48,127 bases of DNA from Coniocarpon cinnabarinum (lineage: Eukaryota), in the NCBI GenBank assembly GCA_051942205.1, contig JAVECO010000172.1, positions 1-48,127 of the forward strand, given 5' to 3'. The notes beneath the pieces were generated by a model. That model was not told where the DNA came from. It made no database searches and worked only from the letters and a program-made list of their open reading frames with translations. The position numbers and the translations under genes are program-made. Of this stretch, positions 1 to 12,599 are shown in pieces; within the stretch, counting starts at the first letter, position 1, and every line of letters begins with the position of its first letter.

Positions 1-206
1 AGTAGCAAGTTAAGTAGCAAGTTAAGTAGCAAGTTAAGTAGCAAGTTAAGTAGCAAGTTAAGTAGCAAGTTAAGTAGCAAGTTAAGTAGCAAGTTAAGTA
101 GCAAGTTAAGTAGCAAGTTAAGTAGCAAGTTAAGTAACAAGTTAAGTAGCAAGTTAAGTAGCAAGTTAAGTAGTAAGTTAAGTAGCAAGTTAAGTAGTAA
201 GTTAAG
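1..206. repeat. 12-bp minisatellite (AGTAGCAAGTTA)n, about 17 copies, truncated by the window start
   Basis: Perfect 12-mer period. The distal copies carry transition variants (agtaAcaagtta, agtagTaagtta). Confidence 0.97.
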
Positions 207-335
207 CATCAGATCAAGCACCAAATCACAGCAAACACCACTCTTAACACAATCACACATCTCATCGATCTCTAAGTGTTCCCATTCATTTTTTATAAAC
301 AAACGTATTCACATACTACGACATTGCTCAGCTAT

Positions 336-2979
336 TTATTTGCGTCCACCCAAGTCTGGTTTATATTCACGACACATTCCCTCGCCCATCAGTTCACGGA
401 GGGCCATAGTCGCAAAGGATCCGGGACCGAGACGGAACTTGAGGAGGACGGCGAGGAGCTGTGCGTTTTCTTGAGGCTTTTCTTCAGACAAGTCTTGAGA
501 CATGTCTTGAGATGGGTCGCGACCTGCGGAATCGATGACCGTGTCGGCAACGGTGTTGGCGACTTTGCGACCCAAGTCTTGCGCGGTGTCGACGGCGGTG
601 GGTGTGACTCCTGTCATTTGACCTGATCCCTTTACCTCCCCGGTCTGCATCTCGTTCTCTGTTGTTGTGTCATTATCCGTCCCCTTCTCCACTTCGTTCA
701 CCTCATTGTCTTTTTCCTTCCTTACGCTCACATTCTCCACCTCTTCCGACACAGCCACGTCCCCTACGACAACTTCCTGTCCCTTCTCCCTCCGTTTCTG
801 TCCCTGGATCTTCTCCAAGTCCGTCTGAACGAGTTGCTCCTCACCGATATAGCTCTTCACACTCGCCTCCACATTATCGATGTAATTGACAAGATTCCGA
901 TATTCACCAGTCAAACTAGCATCACGCCAGCTCCGCTTCATATCATGAGGATCCAGCCCTCCACCTTCCGCACTCGCCATGAATGTCTTGTATTCTTGTC
1001 CGATGGTGTGAGAAGGGTAGAGCACGTCGTGACCTGGCAACGGCAAGACGACGTCGCGTATCGTAAAGCGATTACTCGCTATGTCTGAAGCTGTCACCAG
1101 GCGTGCACCTCTGTATGAGGACTTCTCGATGGGAGAAGAGGGATGGACAATGATCTCGCCTTGGTCATCAAAGGTATTTGCCATTTCTGCATCCGCCGTT
1201 GATGAAGAGGCGTCTAGAATGACATCGCCTTCGACGACGCGAGAGCCGTAGGTTTTCCAGCGGGTGCTCGCCATTTTGTTCCACACTAGGCTTTGATACG
1301 CGTGTAGATATAATGTCCGCGTCTGGCGTGGCAACGTCATCAACGCGCCTTGGAAGTCGTTGCGACGATCGCCGTTCTTGGAAGAGAGATGTTCCATGAG
1401 CAGTGTCTCGGCGATGAAGCGTCGAGGCATTTGAGCGACTGCAGCTTTGGCATCGGACGTCTGGCGCCAGTGATTGATAGCCTGTGCGCGGAGTGTGTCG
1501 TCGTCAGAGACTTTAGCCGGGTCATTTGAGGCGTTGACATTGTTTGTGTCGGAGCTTGGCTCGTCTGAAGAGGCTGCAGGAGGAGGCAGAGCAGAGGGTG
1601 CAAAGAAAAGGATGGCGTCGACGGCGCCACGGAGGTCATTCTGGAGTATTTTGGTACCAACAGTTGAAGTAGCAACGTCGAATGAGCCAAAGCGTTGGAG
1701 GCCGAAGTAATTGAGGAAGCCATTTGTCAAGAGGCTTTGTGCAGCGCGCTTGGCTGCGTCTTGGAGTCGCTCGCGGCGTTCAGGGAGAGATAGCAACTCA
1801 TCATTGGCAGTGTGCGCGTCGCGCAGCGTAATGACGAACTCATTTCCTCCCGTTTGGCCGAGCCGCAAGCCATAGCTCTGGTACTCAAAGTCACCAATCG
1901 CCGTACCGCGAAGGCGTTTACCCACAGCATGCAGCTGATGCACGTTCATGCGATAGAGACTACAGCGTTGGGCAGTGACTGCTCTGCGATCTTTGGTGCC
2001 TGCGTACTCGAACCGCTTGGGATTTAACCGCAGCTGTTTACACAAGAACGACTTGACTTCGGCAGTGTCGCGGTTCTCCTTGTATAGTGTAAAGTGCAAG
2101 TATTCGTCCTGCTGTTTTGGAGCATGGCCTTGCACATCGCGAGAGGTGCGCTGGCGTTGGCTTTTCGGCGCACGGCCTGCTGACCTCGAACGAACTGCGG
2201 TCACCACGATGCTGCCATCGTCGCTGGTCACAGTGTCGAGGTTCGAGGAGAAGACACGACGTATGAGTTGGTGCGCTGACGTGCGCTGAGCTCGGTCGGA
2301 CATGGGTGGTGTCGTGAAGGGCGCAGGCGAGTCTCCGGCCAGATGCTGGATGTAGAGCCGAATGATCTCCTCAGTGACCGCGGCGCCGAAGAGGTTTGAA
2401 ACTTCGCTGGCGCGCTCATATGCTTCAGGACCTAGTATACCTCTGACGGTGTTTCCATGCTCGTGTGACTCGCTTCGTGCGAATGTCGACGCTTCGTGCG
2501 GCCAGACGGAGTTCCACTCATTCAGTAGCTTGTGCAGACTGTCTTTATCCGGCTTCTCAATGTTCTCGTCGCCTTCTACCAAAGTAGTCGCTTGCTCGTT
2601 GGGTACATCATCCCCTTTATTGCGTTGTCTTTGCTTCTGATCCTGCGCGCTGGCCTTTGGCACATCCAAGCTGCTGAGGTGCAGAACTTGGCCATCTGGC
2701 TGCACTTCATTGACAATGAAGTCTGTGTACCTAAGAAGAAAGGGCGTCAGTCAAGACCCGCGAGAAAGCAACGGCGTCCGCAAAGCGCTCTTCGTTACAT
2801 TGGGAGGGACTGCTCACCAACCTCTGCTTCAAGACTCCGCTGAACGACGGCGAGCTTTTGTCAACAAACTCGGTGATGCCGCACCTGTGCTCTCTTTCAA
2901 GCTGCGCATCAGGCAAAGGCTCATTCTCGAGTCTCTGACGCTTTGCAGGCCGCGCATCAGAATCCATGGTCTCGTCCAT
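336..2979 (-). CDS. PUS7: tRNA/snRNA pseudouridine synthase 7 (TruD family); exons 2979-2822 and 2730-336
   Basis: Splicing GTTGGT...TAG (intron 2731-2821, branch ACTGAC) gives FSGVLKQR/YTDFIVNE. TruD motifs AGTKDRRAVTAQ, GNEFVITLR, GFLNYFGLQRFG, YLHAYQSLVWN and FATMALRE are present. Confidence 0.95.
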
Positions 2980-3369
2980 GCTGAGAATGTGGATTGGAGC
3001 TGCGAACTTTATGAAATATTTCCAATGCGATGGTCTTGACTCGAGTGTCAAATTACGTCAGTCAAGCGTTACGTGCATCGCCAGAAACGCCAGAGGCGAA
3101 AGGCACATTGCAAGTCCACGGCAAAGCAATGCAATGCTGAAACAAGATGAGGTGCTTGAGATGTATGTTGGAGAATTGTACAGTCCAACACACCAGCAGC
3201 TTTGGAAAGGCTCTTGCTCATGAATCAACCGTGACGTCTATTATTCATTCATTATACAGGTCTAGATTCCGGAGTGTATGCTACATAGTAATGTGGGTAT
3301 CAGAGATTGCTTGCCTGTATGCATTGTGGCAATCATGTGTGTAATCCTTGTCCACACATTCGTAGATTC

Positions 3370-5271
3370 TCAAGACTCCTCCATCTTGGTAGGATCCATC
3401 TCGAGGGCCTCCCAACGCATCGCGCAGGCAGCAAGCATCATCACGGCCCCACCAACAAATACAAGCGCAAACTCTTTGCTGATGGTATTGATGACAGAGT
3501 TGATCACTAGCTCACGCTGGGGTCCTGAGAATGCATCCTGAGCAGCGGAAGCTGCACCTGCCAGAGCAGCGCGCAACGTTTGCTCTGGAAGATTGTAGCC
3601 AGCCAGTGAGCTCTTCAGATTATCATAGCCAATGTTCTGGAAAATCGCACCAGCCATGGTGAGCACGATGGAGAACGTGCCGATCTGGGCAACATTGATG
3701 AAGCCAATGCCAGCGGGGATGTCCCTGCCTCTGAGCTTAGCAGCAGCCACAGAATATCCAATCTGAAAGGTAGCACCACCGCCCAACGCGCACAGGACCT
3801 CGAAGCCGTAGATGGCGCCGGTGTGCGTCGACGGACTGATCTCGTACAGCAGCACACCGCCAATCAAGATCAAAATTCCAGAACCGAGGTACCAAGGGGC
3901 GTATCGCTTTGTGACTGGCATGAGGGCTCCGTTGAACATCATCGCGAAGACGGTTGGGATGATGAATGGAAGCAGCCGAATGGCGGCCTTAAGCGCAGAG
4001 TCGCCACGCGAGAACTGGAACAGAAGGGGAATGTAGTATATGCAGATGCCTTGGCAAGCCGTGCAAGCACCGGTGGCCACGTAGAGGAGAACCATGGTCC
4101 TGGACTTGAGGAGCTGAACGGGATACAGTCGATTCTCCTTTGTCGTAAAGATGGCGAACGCCTGCTGAACGATGAAGGCGATCAGACTGGCGCCAAAGAG
4201 GACCCACATGGAGATGGAACCTCCCGAGCTCCAAGCCCAGTCGGCTCCAGAGAACGTCAAGGCCACGATGAAAAACACCCAGACGCAGGCGTTGAGGACC
4301 GCACCTACCCAGTCAACCATGACCAGCTTCTTCAAGAAGGTAAGCTGCTTAGCGGGGTTGTTGTTGGGGAACAGGAAAATGTAGACTGGAGCTGAAACTC
4401 CGGCCAAGGGCAGGTTGATGTAGAACGCCCAGCGCCATGTCGCACTTTCGTTGACAGAGAACGCGCCACCAATGACCGGTCCCAGGATAGCTCCAATTCC
4501 CCAGCAAAGACCCATGGAGGCATTGTAGAGTGGACGCTCTTTGATGGAGGTGAAAGCTTCTACGTAGGTAAGTGCGCTATCATGTGTCAGTCTCACTTAC
4601 GCTGCAGCACGAATGGGCGCGAACGTACGCTAGATAAATACCAGCACCACCCATACCTGCCAAAACACGACCAACAATGAGAGCATCGATGTTGGGGGCA
4701 CCTCCGCACAGCGCGCTTCCAGCCTCGAACAGCGTAAGAGAGGCAATGAAGACCCATTTAGTGTCGAATAGCCCGCAGCAGAACCCGAGAAGCAAGATGA
4801 CACCGACAGACCCCATTGGGAAGCCTACGCCGACCCATGCTAGCTTTTCAACTATTTTCAGGTGTCAGTTGTGACGGGTCTTCACAAACTCTGTAGAGAA
4901 GCACGAATGATCGACTTACTGTTCAAAAAGTCTTCGTATACGGAAGCCTGTACATCCGCCGCAATGGTCGTGTCAAGTCCATACAAGAAGGCTCCCAGGA
5001 ACAGGCCTGCCGTACACAAGGCCCACGAATACTTGGAAGGACGGTTGGTCTCAGAGCGTGTGAGCTTCTCGCCGGCTCCACTGTGATCCGACGAGCCCGC
5101 GTCCTTTTCGAGGTCCCGCTCCGTCGTGGCCGATGCATCCAGTCCGAGCTCTTTGGATGTTCTGTGCTGCTCCACGCCAGCCGCGGTCTGAAGGTTACCA
5201 CCACCGAGAGCCGAGGAGGGACGTGGCTCGATGTCGAGCTCCTTGGAGGTAGCGGGCACAGCAGTCGTCAT
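3370..5271 (-). CDS. MFS drug:H+ antiporter (DHA2, 14-TMS type) efflux pump; exons 5271-4920, 4851-4629 and 4576-3370
   Basis: Motifs LYGLDTTIAA, GRVLAGMGGAG, LGPVIGGAF and WRWAFYINLP. Introns 4852-4919 (GTAAGT..TAG) and 4577-4628 (GTACGT..TAG) join the three ORF pieces in frame. Confidence 0.92.
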
Positions 5272-7398
5272 TTTGAGGTGGACGGCGGTGTTGAATCGCC
5301 TTGATGTCGGTTACGACAGGCTGGGGTCGAAGGGAGAAAGAGAGGAGGGAGGGGAGAGGCTGGAAGGTGGAGGAAAAACAAGACGCAGCACGGAGAGGTC
5401 AGCAAATTTCCCACGTGCAAGCGACCGAACGCATGGAGGAGGAGCGACGGTCAAGTACTTGTACTCCGGTCATGACGTTTTCGCGTTCGTGTGTCTGAAA
5501 GGCGCATTGGGCGGTCCAGCAAAGGGTCTGGGTGATTGCCATTATGGGATGGAAGCCGCACGTGGCAGGCGGGCGAGCGATCAGAGCGCAGATGTAAGCA
5601 AAAGTTGCTGCACAGGGGCAAGCGCGAGGAATGGTGTGGAGATGGTGTCGTTCAACGGCGGCAGGAATCAGACGACACGAGCGTCTGAGCAGGCTGAGTG
5701 GTGGAGGGTCATCAGTTCCTGCCCGCCGAAATCCTGCTGAGGGCCCGGGCAAGTGGGCGGTGACTGTGTTGAGGCTACGGAGGAATGATGGCAAGAGGCC
5801 GCGAGCAAAGGAGGAGGATGTGCCGCAAGCTTAGATCAGCAGAGACGGAGGTTGAGCATCAATCTGCGCGGCATGACGGGAACTAAGGCCCGATGCAGAC
5901 AGTGGACGAGTGGTGGTTTTGCAGAAAGCGCAGAGAAGAGAGGCGTGTGTGGTGATGGGAGTGTTGGAGACTTTTGGCGTCGGGCTGACTGCTGGCCCGT
6001 GCAAATTTGAATTTCCCAGCCGACCAGTACGACTCGCGTGGCTCTCTACCTTACCTAACCGTTGCTGTGCGTGGGCACTAGCCGTCAGCTTCTCGCGACG
6101 GGCGAAGTCTGTTTCTCGTGTGTTTGTAAGCAGCCAACTGAGTTCATCCAGCGTCAAGCGTAGGTAGCAACGCAGCTGCCTGGACACTCGCCAGCTCCCT
6201 CATCGTCCTGTCGTCATTTCTGGTGCATTGCAATTGGTGCATTGCAAGGGGGATCCTGTTACGCTTGACTTGCTTCCTGTTCCTTGACGATGCAGCGGTT
6301 CATGCAGTCGTGGCAATCATCTGGGGCGAGCTCCAATTGCGGACCCTGGCATCCCGCTAGCTCATATCATCTTCGACGCTTGCAGCTGTTTTTCCAGCCC
6401 TGTCATTGGACCTTTGCAGTCTAGGTTCAGACACACGCTGGTTGCAATGACTCCGTTTACGCTTCTCAGTGCCTTGCGACGGGCTTATTCTTCGAGAACA
6501 CGAAGGCGGTGTGAACCCCAGAGTCTCTCATTCTTGCCTCTCCACAATTCACCGCATGCGTCAGCACGGCAAGGTTCAACACTGTCACCATACGCAACAG
6601 GTTGGACATGCACGACATCCACTCCACTGCCGGCTGCTGACAAGGGCCCCTCAATCCGCTTGCCCAACTATCCTGCCGACGTTGATCTGTCCCAGATACC
6701 AGTCAGTGAAAGCGCACAGCAGCGTGGCTGTAGAGATCTCGCTGCGTATGCCCGTCAGCCCACTTTTGTCCCTCTCTTCTGCTGCTGGCAGTCCGTGTCT
6801 CAGCTTCTGAGCTTCTCAACCCAAACTCTTTTCCCCTCCGTCTCCACATGGTCTTCGGCTGTACACGTGGTGATACTCCGTTGTCTCAGCGTCGGCAGCA
6901 AGTGCGATCGCGTTGCGGGTGTCTGCTAAACGTTCATGCTCTTTAAAAAGGGCAAGACACCTCAAACAGTCCATCGATTCGAATATTACGGCACTAGAGC
7001 CAAAGGGGGTACGCGTATCTGTTTATAGCGATATTTGCTTGGGTGCTCTCCTGCCACGTGATTGGTTTTGATAAGACCTTGCGCGGCCAGGATAGTGTCA
7101 GAACGACCTTGACAGCGCAAAAATCGTGAAGACAAGTACTGATGCTAGCAGGATAGCCTGTGAATGCGTTACCTCGCCGCGCTTCCTACCTTGGGCTATA
7201 TCATCAGCTGTACGTGCATGAATGAATGAGTTACGTCTTCCTCCTATAGTGTTAATATCTACCTATACGTTTGGCAGTCTGAGGCCACGAGCCCAGAACA
7301 GAGTCTTGCTGCAAGTCAGGACAAGGCTTATGCACAGTCGTGCTTGTATCATTTGAGCACAATACTCTTTGCTTACCTCCTCTATACCCCTGCTTACC

Positions 7399-8172
7399 AT
7401 GCACCTCCGTCCCCTCCTCTCAAGCGACATCCCCACCCTCTCGATCCTAGCCGCCTCCGCCTTCTCCCCAAACGACGAGCTCTTCGCCTTCCTGAATCCC
7501 CACTCGACCGCTCATCCCCAGGACTTCCGAGACTTCTTTCTCCGCCGGCTGCGGTACCGCACCACCCAGCCATCCAACCACACCTTCGTCGCAGTCTCAG
7601 ACCCTTCAGACGCAGACTGGCTTCCGTCCGCCCTCTCGTCCCCGGAGACTCTGACGCCATTTGGCCGTCTCGGCGCTGAAGCAGACTCCAGTGGCGAAGT
7701 CCTCCTGGGCTACGTGATGTGGAAACGCTACGGTGACTCCCGCGATCCGCTCGTCAGCGCATGGCGCAACAACACAGACCTGTGGACCCGTCTGAATCAC
7801 GCGCTTCGCTCACTAGAGCAAGACTATTGCAACGTCCTCCGTCTGGATGGCTCCGCTGATTACGATCGCAAAGCCGCGTTCGCCAAGACGATCACAGCAG
7901 AGCGTCGACCGCAGGCGTCTGATGAAGAGCAAAGCAAGCGCGGCTACTGGCATCTTAGTGTTCTAGCGACTTCGCCAATTGCGCGACGGCGGGGCGTGGG
8001 GAGGATGCTGACGGAGTGGGGTGTGCAGCGAGCACGGGAGGAGCATGTGCCGGTGAACTTGAATTCGAGCGACGTCGGTGTGGGACTGTATGAGAGTATG
8101 GGCTTTCGCACCGTGGAATTTGCGTCGGAGCAGTGGGCGGGCCGGAGGATGGTGTGGCAGGAGAGTACTTGA
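7399..8172 (+). CDS. GNAT-family N-acetyltransferase
   Basis: ATG at 7399 (MHLRPL...). The C-terminus has motif A (LSVLATSPIARRRGVGRML) and motif B (GVGLYESMGF). Confidence 0.9.
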   Translation: MHLRPLLSSDIPTLSILAASAFSPNDELFAFLNPHSTAHPQDFRDFFLRRLRYRTTQPSNHTFVAVSDPSDADWLPSALSSPETLTPFGRLGAEADSSGEVLLGYVMWKRYGDSRDPLVSAWRNNTDLWTRLNHALRSLEQDYCNVLRLDGSADYDRKAAFAKTITAERRPQASDEEQSKRGYWHLSVLATSPIARRRGVGRMLTEWGVQRAREEHVPVNLNSSDVGVGLYESMGFRTVEFASEQWAGRRMVWQEST

Positions 8173-8175
8173 CGC

Positions 8176-8830
8176 ACTTTAATCCAGCATTTTGTGAGTT
8201 GCAAAGGGCTTCCGCCGGTGTGCCGACAGTTTAGAGGCCCGAATTGTTGTTATCGTATAGGCTCTTCGCCTAGACTGAGATAAGTGTGTAAAGGACAGTA
8301 AGTCCTGTACTTTAATTTAGTATTTTAAAAGTTGTAAAGGGCTTCCGCTGGTGTGCCGATAGTTTAGAGGCCTGAATTGTTGTTATTGTATAGGCTCTTT
8401 ACCTAAAAAAAGATAAGAGTACAGAAGGACAGCAATTCTAATACTTTAATTTAGTATTTAATAAATTATAAAACGGCTTTCGCTAGTATATTAGTAGCTT
8501 TATTACTTAAATTTTTGTTATTGTATAGGCTCTTTATCTAGACTATAATTAAAGTTTAAATTAAGAGTACTTTCTATTACTTTAATTTAGTAGGAAATAC
8601 GTTAAAGAAGGCTTTTGCTAGTATACCAATAGATTTTCAGCCTAAATTAACGTTATTGTAGAGGCTCTTTGTCTAAGAATGATTGACTTTTGTAGGGAGC
8701 GTCTGGTAGAACAGTACTTTGCCTCACTATAATTCAGCATCTTGTAAGTCCTAAAGTGCTTTCGCCGCGGTGGTAATAGCTTTTTGACCGCATTGTTGTT
8801 GTCGTACGGGCTCGTCACCCCGACAGAGAT
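8176..8830. repeat. Five-copy tandem repeat of a 133-147 bp unit, RIP-eroded
   Basis: Units start with ACTTTAAT/ACTATAAT at 8176, 8309, 8443, 8579 and 8726 and share blocks such as GGCTT..GC..G and TTGTTATTGTATAGGCTCTT. Differences are mainly C>T and G>A. Confidence 0.9.
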
Positions 8831-8971
8831 CCAGCAACTTGCAGATATTGGCAGATCAAGACACGTGATGCTTACAAAAGCGACACAAAAAACGTGAGTC
8901 TTCAGCTTACGATGCTGGACAGCAGTGGCACGTGGGAAATGAACAGCATCATAAATGACGGCATACGAATG

Positions 8972-9505
8972 TCAATGCAGGATGTTAGCGATGCGCATCA
9001 GCATCATCGCCGGACCCTGTGGTGGGAGTGTCTTTGACACAGCCGAGCAGGTCCTCGAGTTCCGAAATTTGCTATTTTGCAAGGTGAGCTCCTGCTGGTA
9101 GGCGTGTTCCTTCTGCTGCAATTGTTCAATGAAAGGACAGAAGGCCTCCAGGGCCACCTTAAGCTGTCTTTGCAGATACATGCGGGTTCGCGACCCAGCT
9201 TCCCACTTCCTGCCACTGTTGCAAAGTTGCAAATTCCAACGCAGCTTCATGTCCTGAGGAAGAACACTGACTCCCTCACCAACTTCACGAATGTTCAAAC
9301 TATGCTCCTCCTTCCCCTTGTACTCCACTTCCATCAAGCCTCTAGGGCTTTGCCATGCAGCGACGATGATCTTCTTGAGAAGCGCCGCAAAAGCGCAAAA
9401 TATGGGGCCATTGGTAGACTCCCAATTCGAGACTTCCTCAGCCTTTATAACCTCGATATCGTTGAACTTGCCCCATTCGTGAAAGACCAGGACGAGGTAC
9501 GGCAC
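8972..9505 (-). CDS. Probable exon of a hypothetical or degenerate gene
   Basis: Open frame of about 178 codons preceded by GCTAAC...AAG (branch and acceptor). No recognisable domain; upstream exons are not resolved. Confidence 0.3.
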   Translation of the reverse strand: MPYLVLVFHEWGKFNDIEVIKAEEVSNWESTNGPIFCAFAALLKKIIVAAWQSPRGLMEVEYKGKEEHSLNIREVGEGVSVLPQDMKLRWNLQLCNSGRKWEAGSRTRMYLQRQLKVALEAFCPFIEQLQQKEHAYQQELTLQNSKFRNSRTCSAVSKTLPPQGPAMMLMRIANILH

Positions 9506-11159
9506 TTGTGTTAGCCACAAGCGCGGCAATCCCTCAGATAAAAAGTCTTGTCCCTTCTCTCTCGCCCCCCGAGTCTTCAGGTCGAATATGGCCGCCTGTG
9601 GGACGACGGTCCCTCCCTTTGGAATGCTAGTTCTTCATATCCCCTGGCTTTTGCGCCAATTGCATTGTCTGTTGGAGTCTCAGTGATGGGTTGTCAAGCA
9701 ATATCAGCTCATAATGGACGTCTAGCGTCCAGCGATCGGAGGTGACGCGAGGAGAGGTCCAGCCTCGAAAAGCGTACTGGGCGCAGGCCTGCTGTTTGCT
9801 CCTCTTCCCAGACTCGTCTCACAGAAACTGTGTTGCAGTTTTCGAAGTGACGTGCTTGACGGTCGCCTAGGAGTCCCTGGAGGTTTCATCGTCGGATGAT
9901 GACGATGAAGGTGAGTACAATTTACTTTGTTCAGGCGTGTTATTCCCAGAGCCGTACGAAGGGTTCATTGGTAACTGCTGCACTCACGGCATCGCCCTGT
10001 AGCTGGCAGTCGCTTGCCAGACTATGTTCGAACGGAGTCTGAAATTCATTCACGAACGGGTTTGAAATGCGTATAGTCTCGAGTTTCAGCTGGTTCCAGT
10101 CCCTTGATGGAAAGTGGGAGTGGCTGATGTGTCCCTGCTAAGATGGCATGTCCAGATGCTGTATATTGGAAGCCTGTGGTAGAGGAAAGAAGCGCAACAT
10201 GGAACAGCAGCATTGACGTGGACTTCTTGTCGAATGAGCACGTCAACGTCAGCTCGGTGGCAGGCTTGTTCACCCAATGGTGCTTGCGAGTCTCGCGTGT
10301 GTCCACAGAAAAGCCTGCAGAGAGCGTGATCGGCGCTTCTCAACGATCTCCACACCCCACGCCCTCAGCGTATCACACTGTTTAAAACAGAGTGGAATGT
10401 TCCCCAGAAGACGGCTTTGCCGTAAAATCTTTGGTCGTAACCAAGTTGTTCGCCGTCTTCATCGCGAGACTCCAAAGTGTCGCTTTGAGCGACCACTCCT
10501 CACACCCGTCCTAGCTCAATGTATTTGTCGTAGAGCTTAAGATTGAAAGGACACTCAACGACGCCTTCGCAAGTGGCGTTGAATGCATCGTAGTGGCGGC
10601 GGATATCTCTTCTTACTTGGCGATCGCGCCGTCCGTTGGACGTTACAGCGCATGACAGAATTTTAACTCTTCTGTGGTGTTGGAATCGGCCCTAGACGTT
10701 GGAGTTTGGCCGAAAATTCGGCCAGAACGGCAGCACAGGCAATGTTGCTGCTGGAACGTCCAATTAGTAGCCCAATTTTCTCCACAGGTTTCAAACCCAA
10801 AGACAGAGCTAGGAAACTTGTTGGTAGTAGAGGTTTGAACGTTTCGGCTACCGTCTAGACCTGGCCTTGAGCTAGAAATGTCTTTGATTGTAGGCTCTAG
10901 GCCTGCTGAAGCTCTGAAGGATGATGGGATGCTGCGACGACTGGAATTGCTGCTGGTGCCTCCTTGCGGCTCGAAATATGGCCATTGCGGCGTGTTCACA
11001 TTCTGAACTTTGCGTCTTCGACTAGCCACTTGGATGCCCGTTCGTAGCCTGGGTCTCTACAATTGATGTTGGCAAGAGGTACCTCGCTCCAAGGCGGAGC
11101 TTAGCGAGTAGGCACATGAGGAGGCGACAGGGAGGCGAGGCAGCACCTGGCGGCGATAC

Positions 11160-12550
11160 TCACCCATTAGAATGAGTATGCCGTCTGCGAAAAAGGTCGA
11201 CACAAAGCTGGCGACGCGATGTCTGACGTCTTTCTAAGATGCTGGGTCGCCTCGCTGTTTCTTGTGACCAGCACGTCTGGCATGCGGTGTTAATGTATCT
11301 CACGCAAGGTCTTGAAGGCCCGCTCGTCGCGTTGCAGGAGTTCATCGCGTAATATGGGCATGATCTGCAGTCCACACTACAAGTGTATTTCCCCCAGAGT
11401 CTTGCGAGGTCTATCGACCACTTTGCACTCAAAAGCGCGCACCGAGAAACCGTTGGCGCGCACCAAGCTCTCTGAGTAGCCGTCCAGCGGCACCATGCAC
11501 CTGAAGTCATCACTGTTGATGACAGAAGGCAGGGGTCCGGTTCGTCGACATTCCTAAGGAACTTGGCTGTGACGAACGGCCCTGAAGGATCGTCGAGTGA
11601 ATGTAGTGGCATGGTCGAAGGCCGTACCATTGTCGACGTGCTGGAGCGTCTAGCGCTCGGATGACGGCGACACAGGCGGGTGGAGAATGTGTTTCTTGAA
11701 GCAAATCCCTGCTCGACTGCGGGACTGGGGCTGTCTTTAGAAAAGTAGTCAAGGTGTGGAAAGTACGTCGAGGTCGGGTCGTTACGATACGCCCGTTGGA
11801 GAGCACCTTGTGCGTTGAATTCATGCCACTGCCCCATGTCTTCGTCGTGCTCATCGACGTTCCGGAAGCGCTCCTGGTCAAGATAGATCTCGTAGGTAGA
11901 AAGAGTCTTTCGCACCATTCCCCAGTGCTTGTCGCTGGCCCTGGAACTTCTTATGACCTGTTCGTCGGTCTTATCCGCCTAGGAACGGAAGAGAAGCTGC
12001 TGTATCCTAGTCCTGGATACACTGCAAAAGTGCCAGCAAGTTGGGATGTGTCCTTGGGCTTTGGAGCAGCGATTCGTGTAGTTGAATTGACGAAGCTGCC
12101 GTTCTTGAAGGTCTGTTTGATCATCCATAGAGGCTTTGGAGGCCGTACACTCAAGCTTCGCACGTACAGAGGAGGTGTTTGGTGTGTGAGAATGCTTCCA
12201 GCGTACCACAAACGTCTGTTGGCTCTGGCGGTCTGAGTCGCCAATACAGTATCAAGTCAAGGTGTCCTTCAACTCCCGGTGACTCGTCTGACCAATGCTT
12301 GTGTCCTCTAATAGTCAAACTTCGTTTATGCGAACGACAATGCCCCCGACACCGCTGTCCACACCCTGAGACTGCGCACGTAAAGGCGAGCAGTCGGATG
12401 TGACAGAGGGTTTCCTGGTAAACCACAAACGTCTGTCGGCCCTGGCGACCTTGGTCGCCGATACACTATTAGGTCGAGGTTTTTGAAATGGTTGTGGTGA
12501 AGGCGAATGCCTTCAAGTTTGTAGGTGGCATCGAAAAGAGCCAGTCGCAA
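11160..12550 (-). pseudogene. Fragmented ORF set with an internally duplicated peptide module; probable pseudogene
   Basis: The module LDLI.Y.R.R.P.PTDVCG...L.H.T..LYVRSL occurs twice (about 12370-12485 and 12155-12265). The second copy has a 1-nt frameshift after VCG. Confidence 0.4.
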
Positions 12551-12599
12551 GTCGAGTTCACCAAGGCAGGTAAAGAGGCCCCGAGCTCCAGAGTCTTTG

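Noticed and set aside
1..206. Telomere repeat
   Set aside because: The unit has no TTAGGG or G-run core and directly abuts a housekeeping gene; it is better described as a minisatellite.
3370..8172. Secondary metabolite cluster (MFS plus GNAT)
   Set aside because: No PKS, NRPS, terpene synthase or cluster transcription factor in the window.
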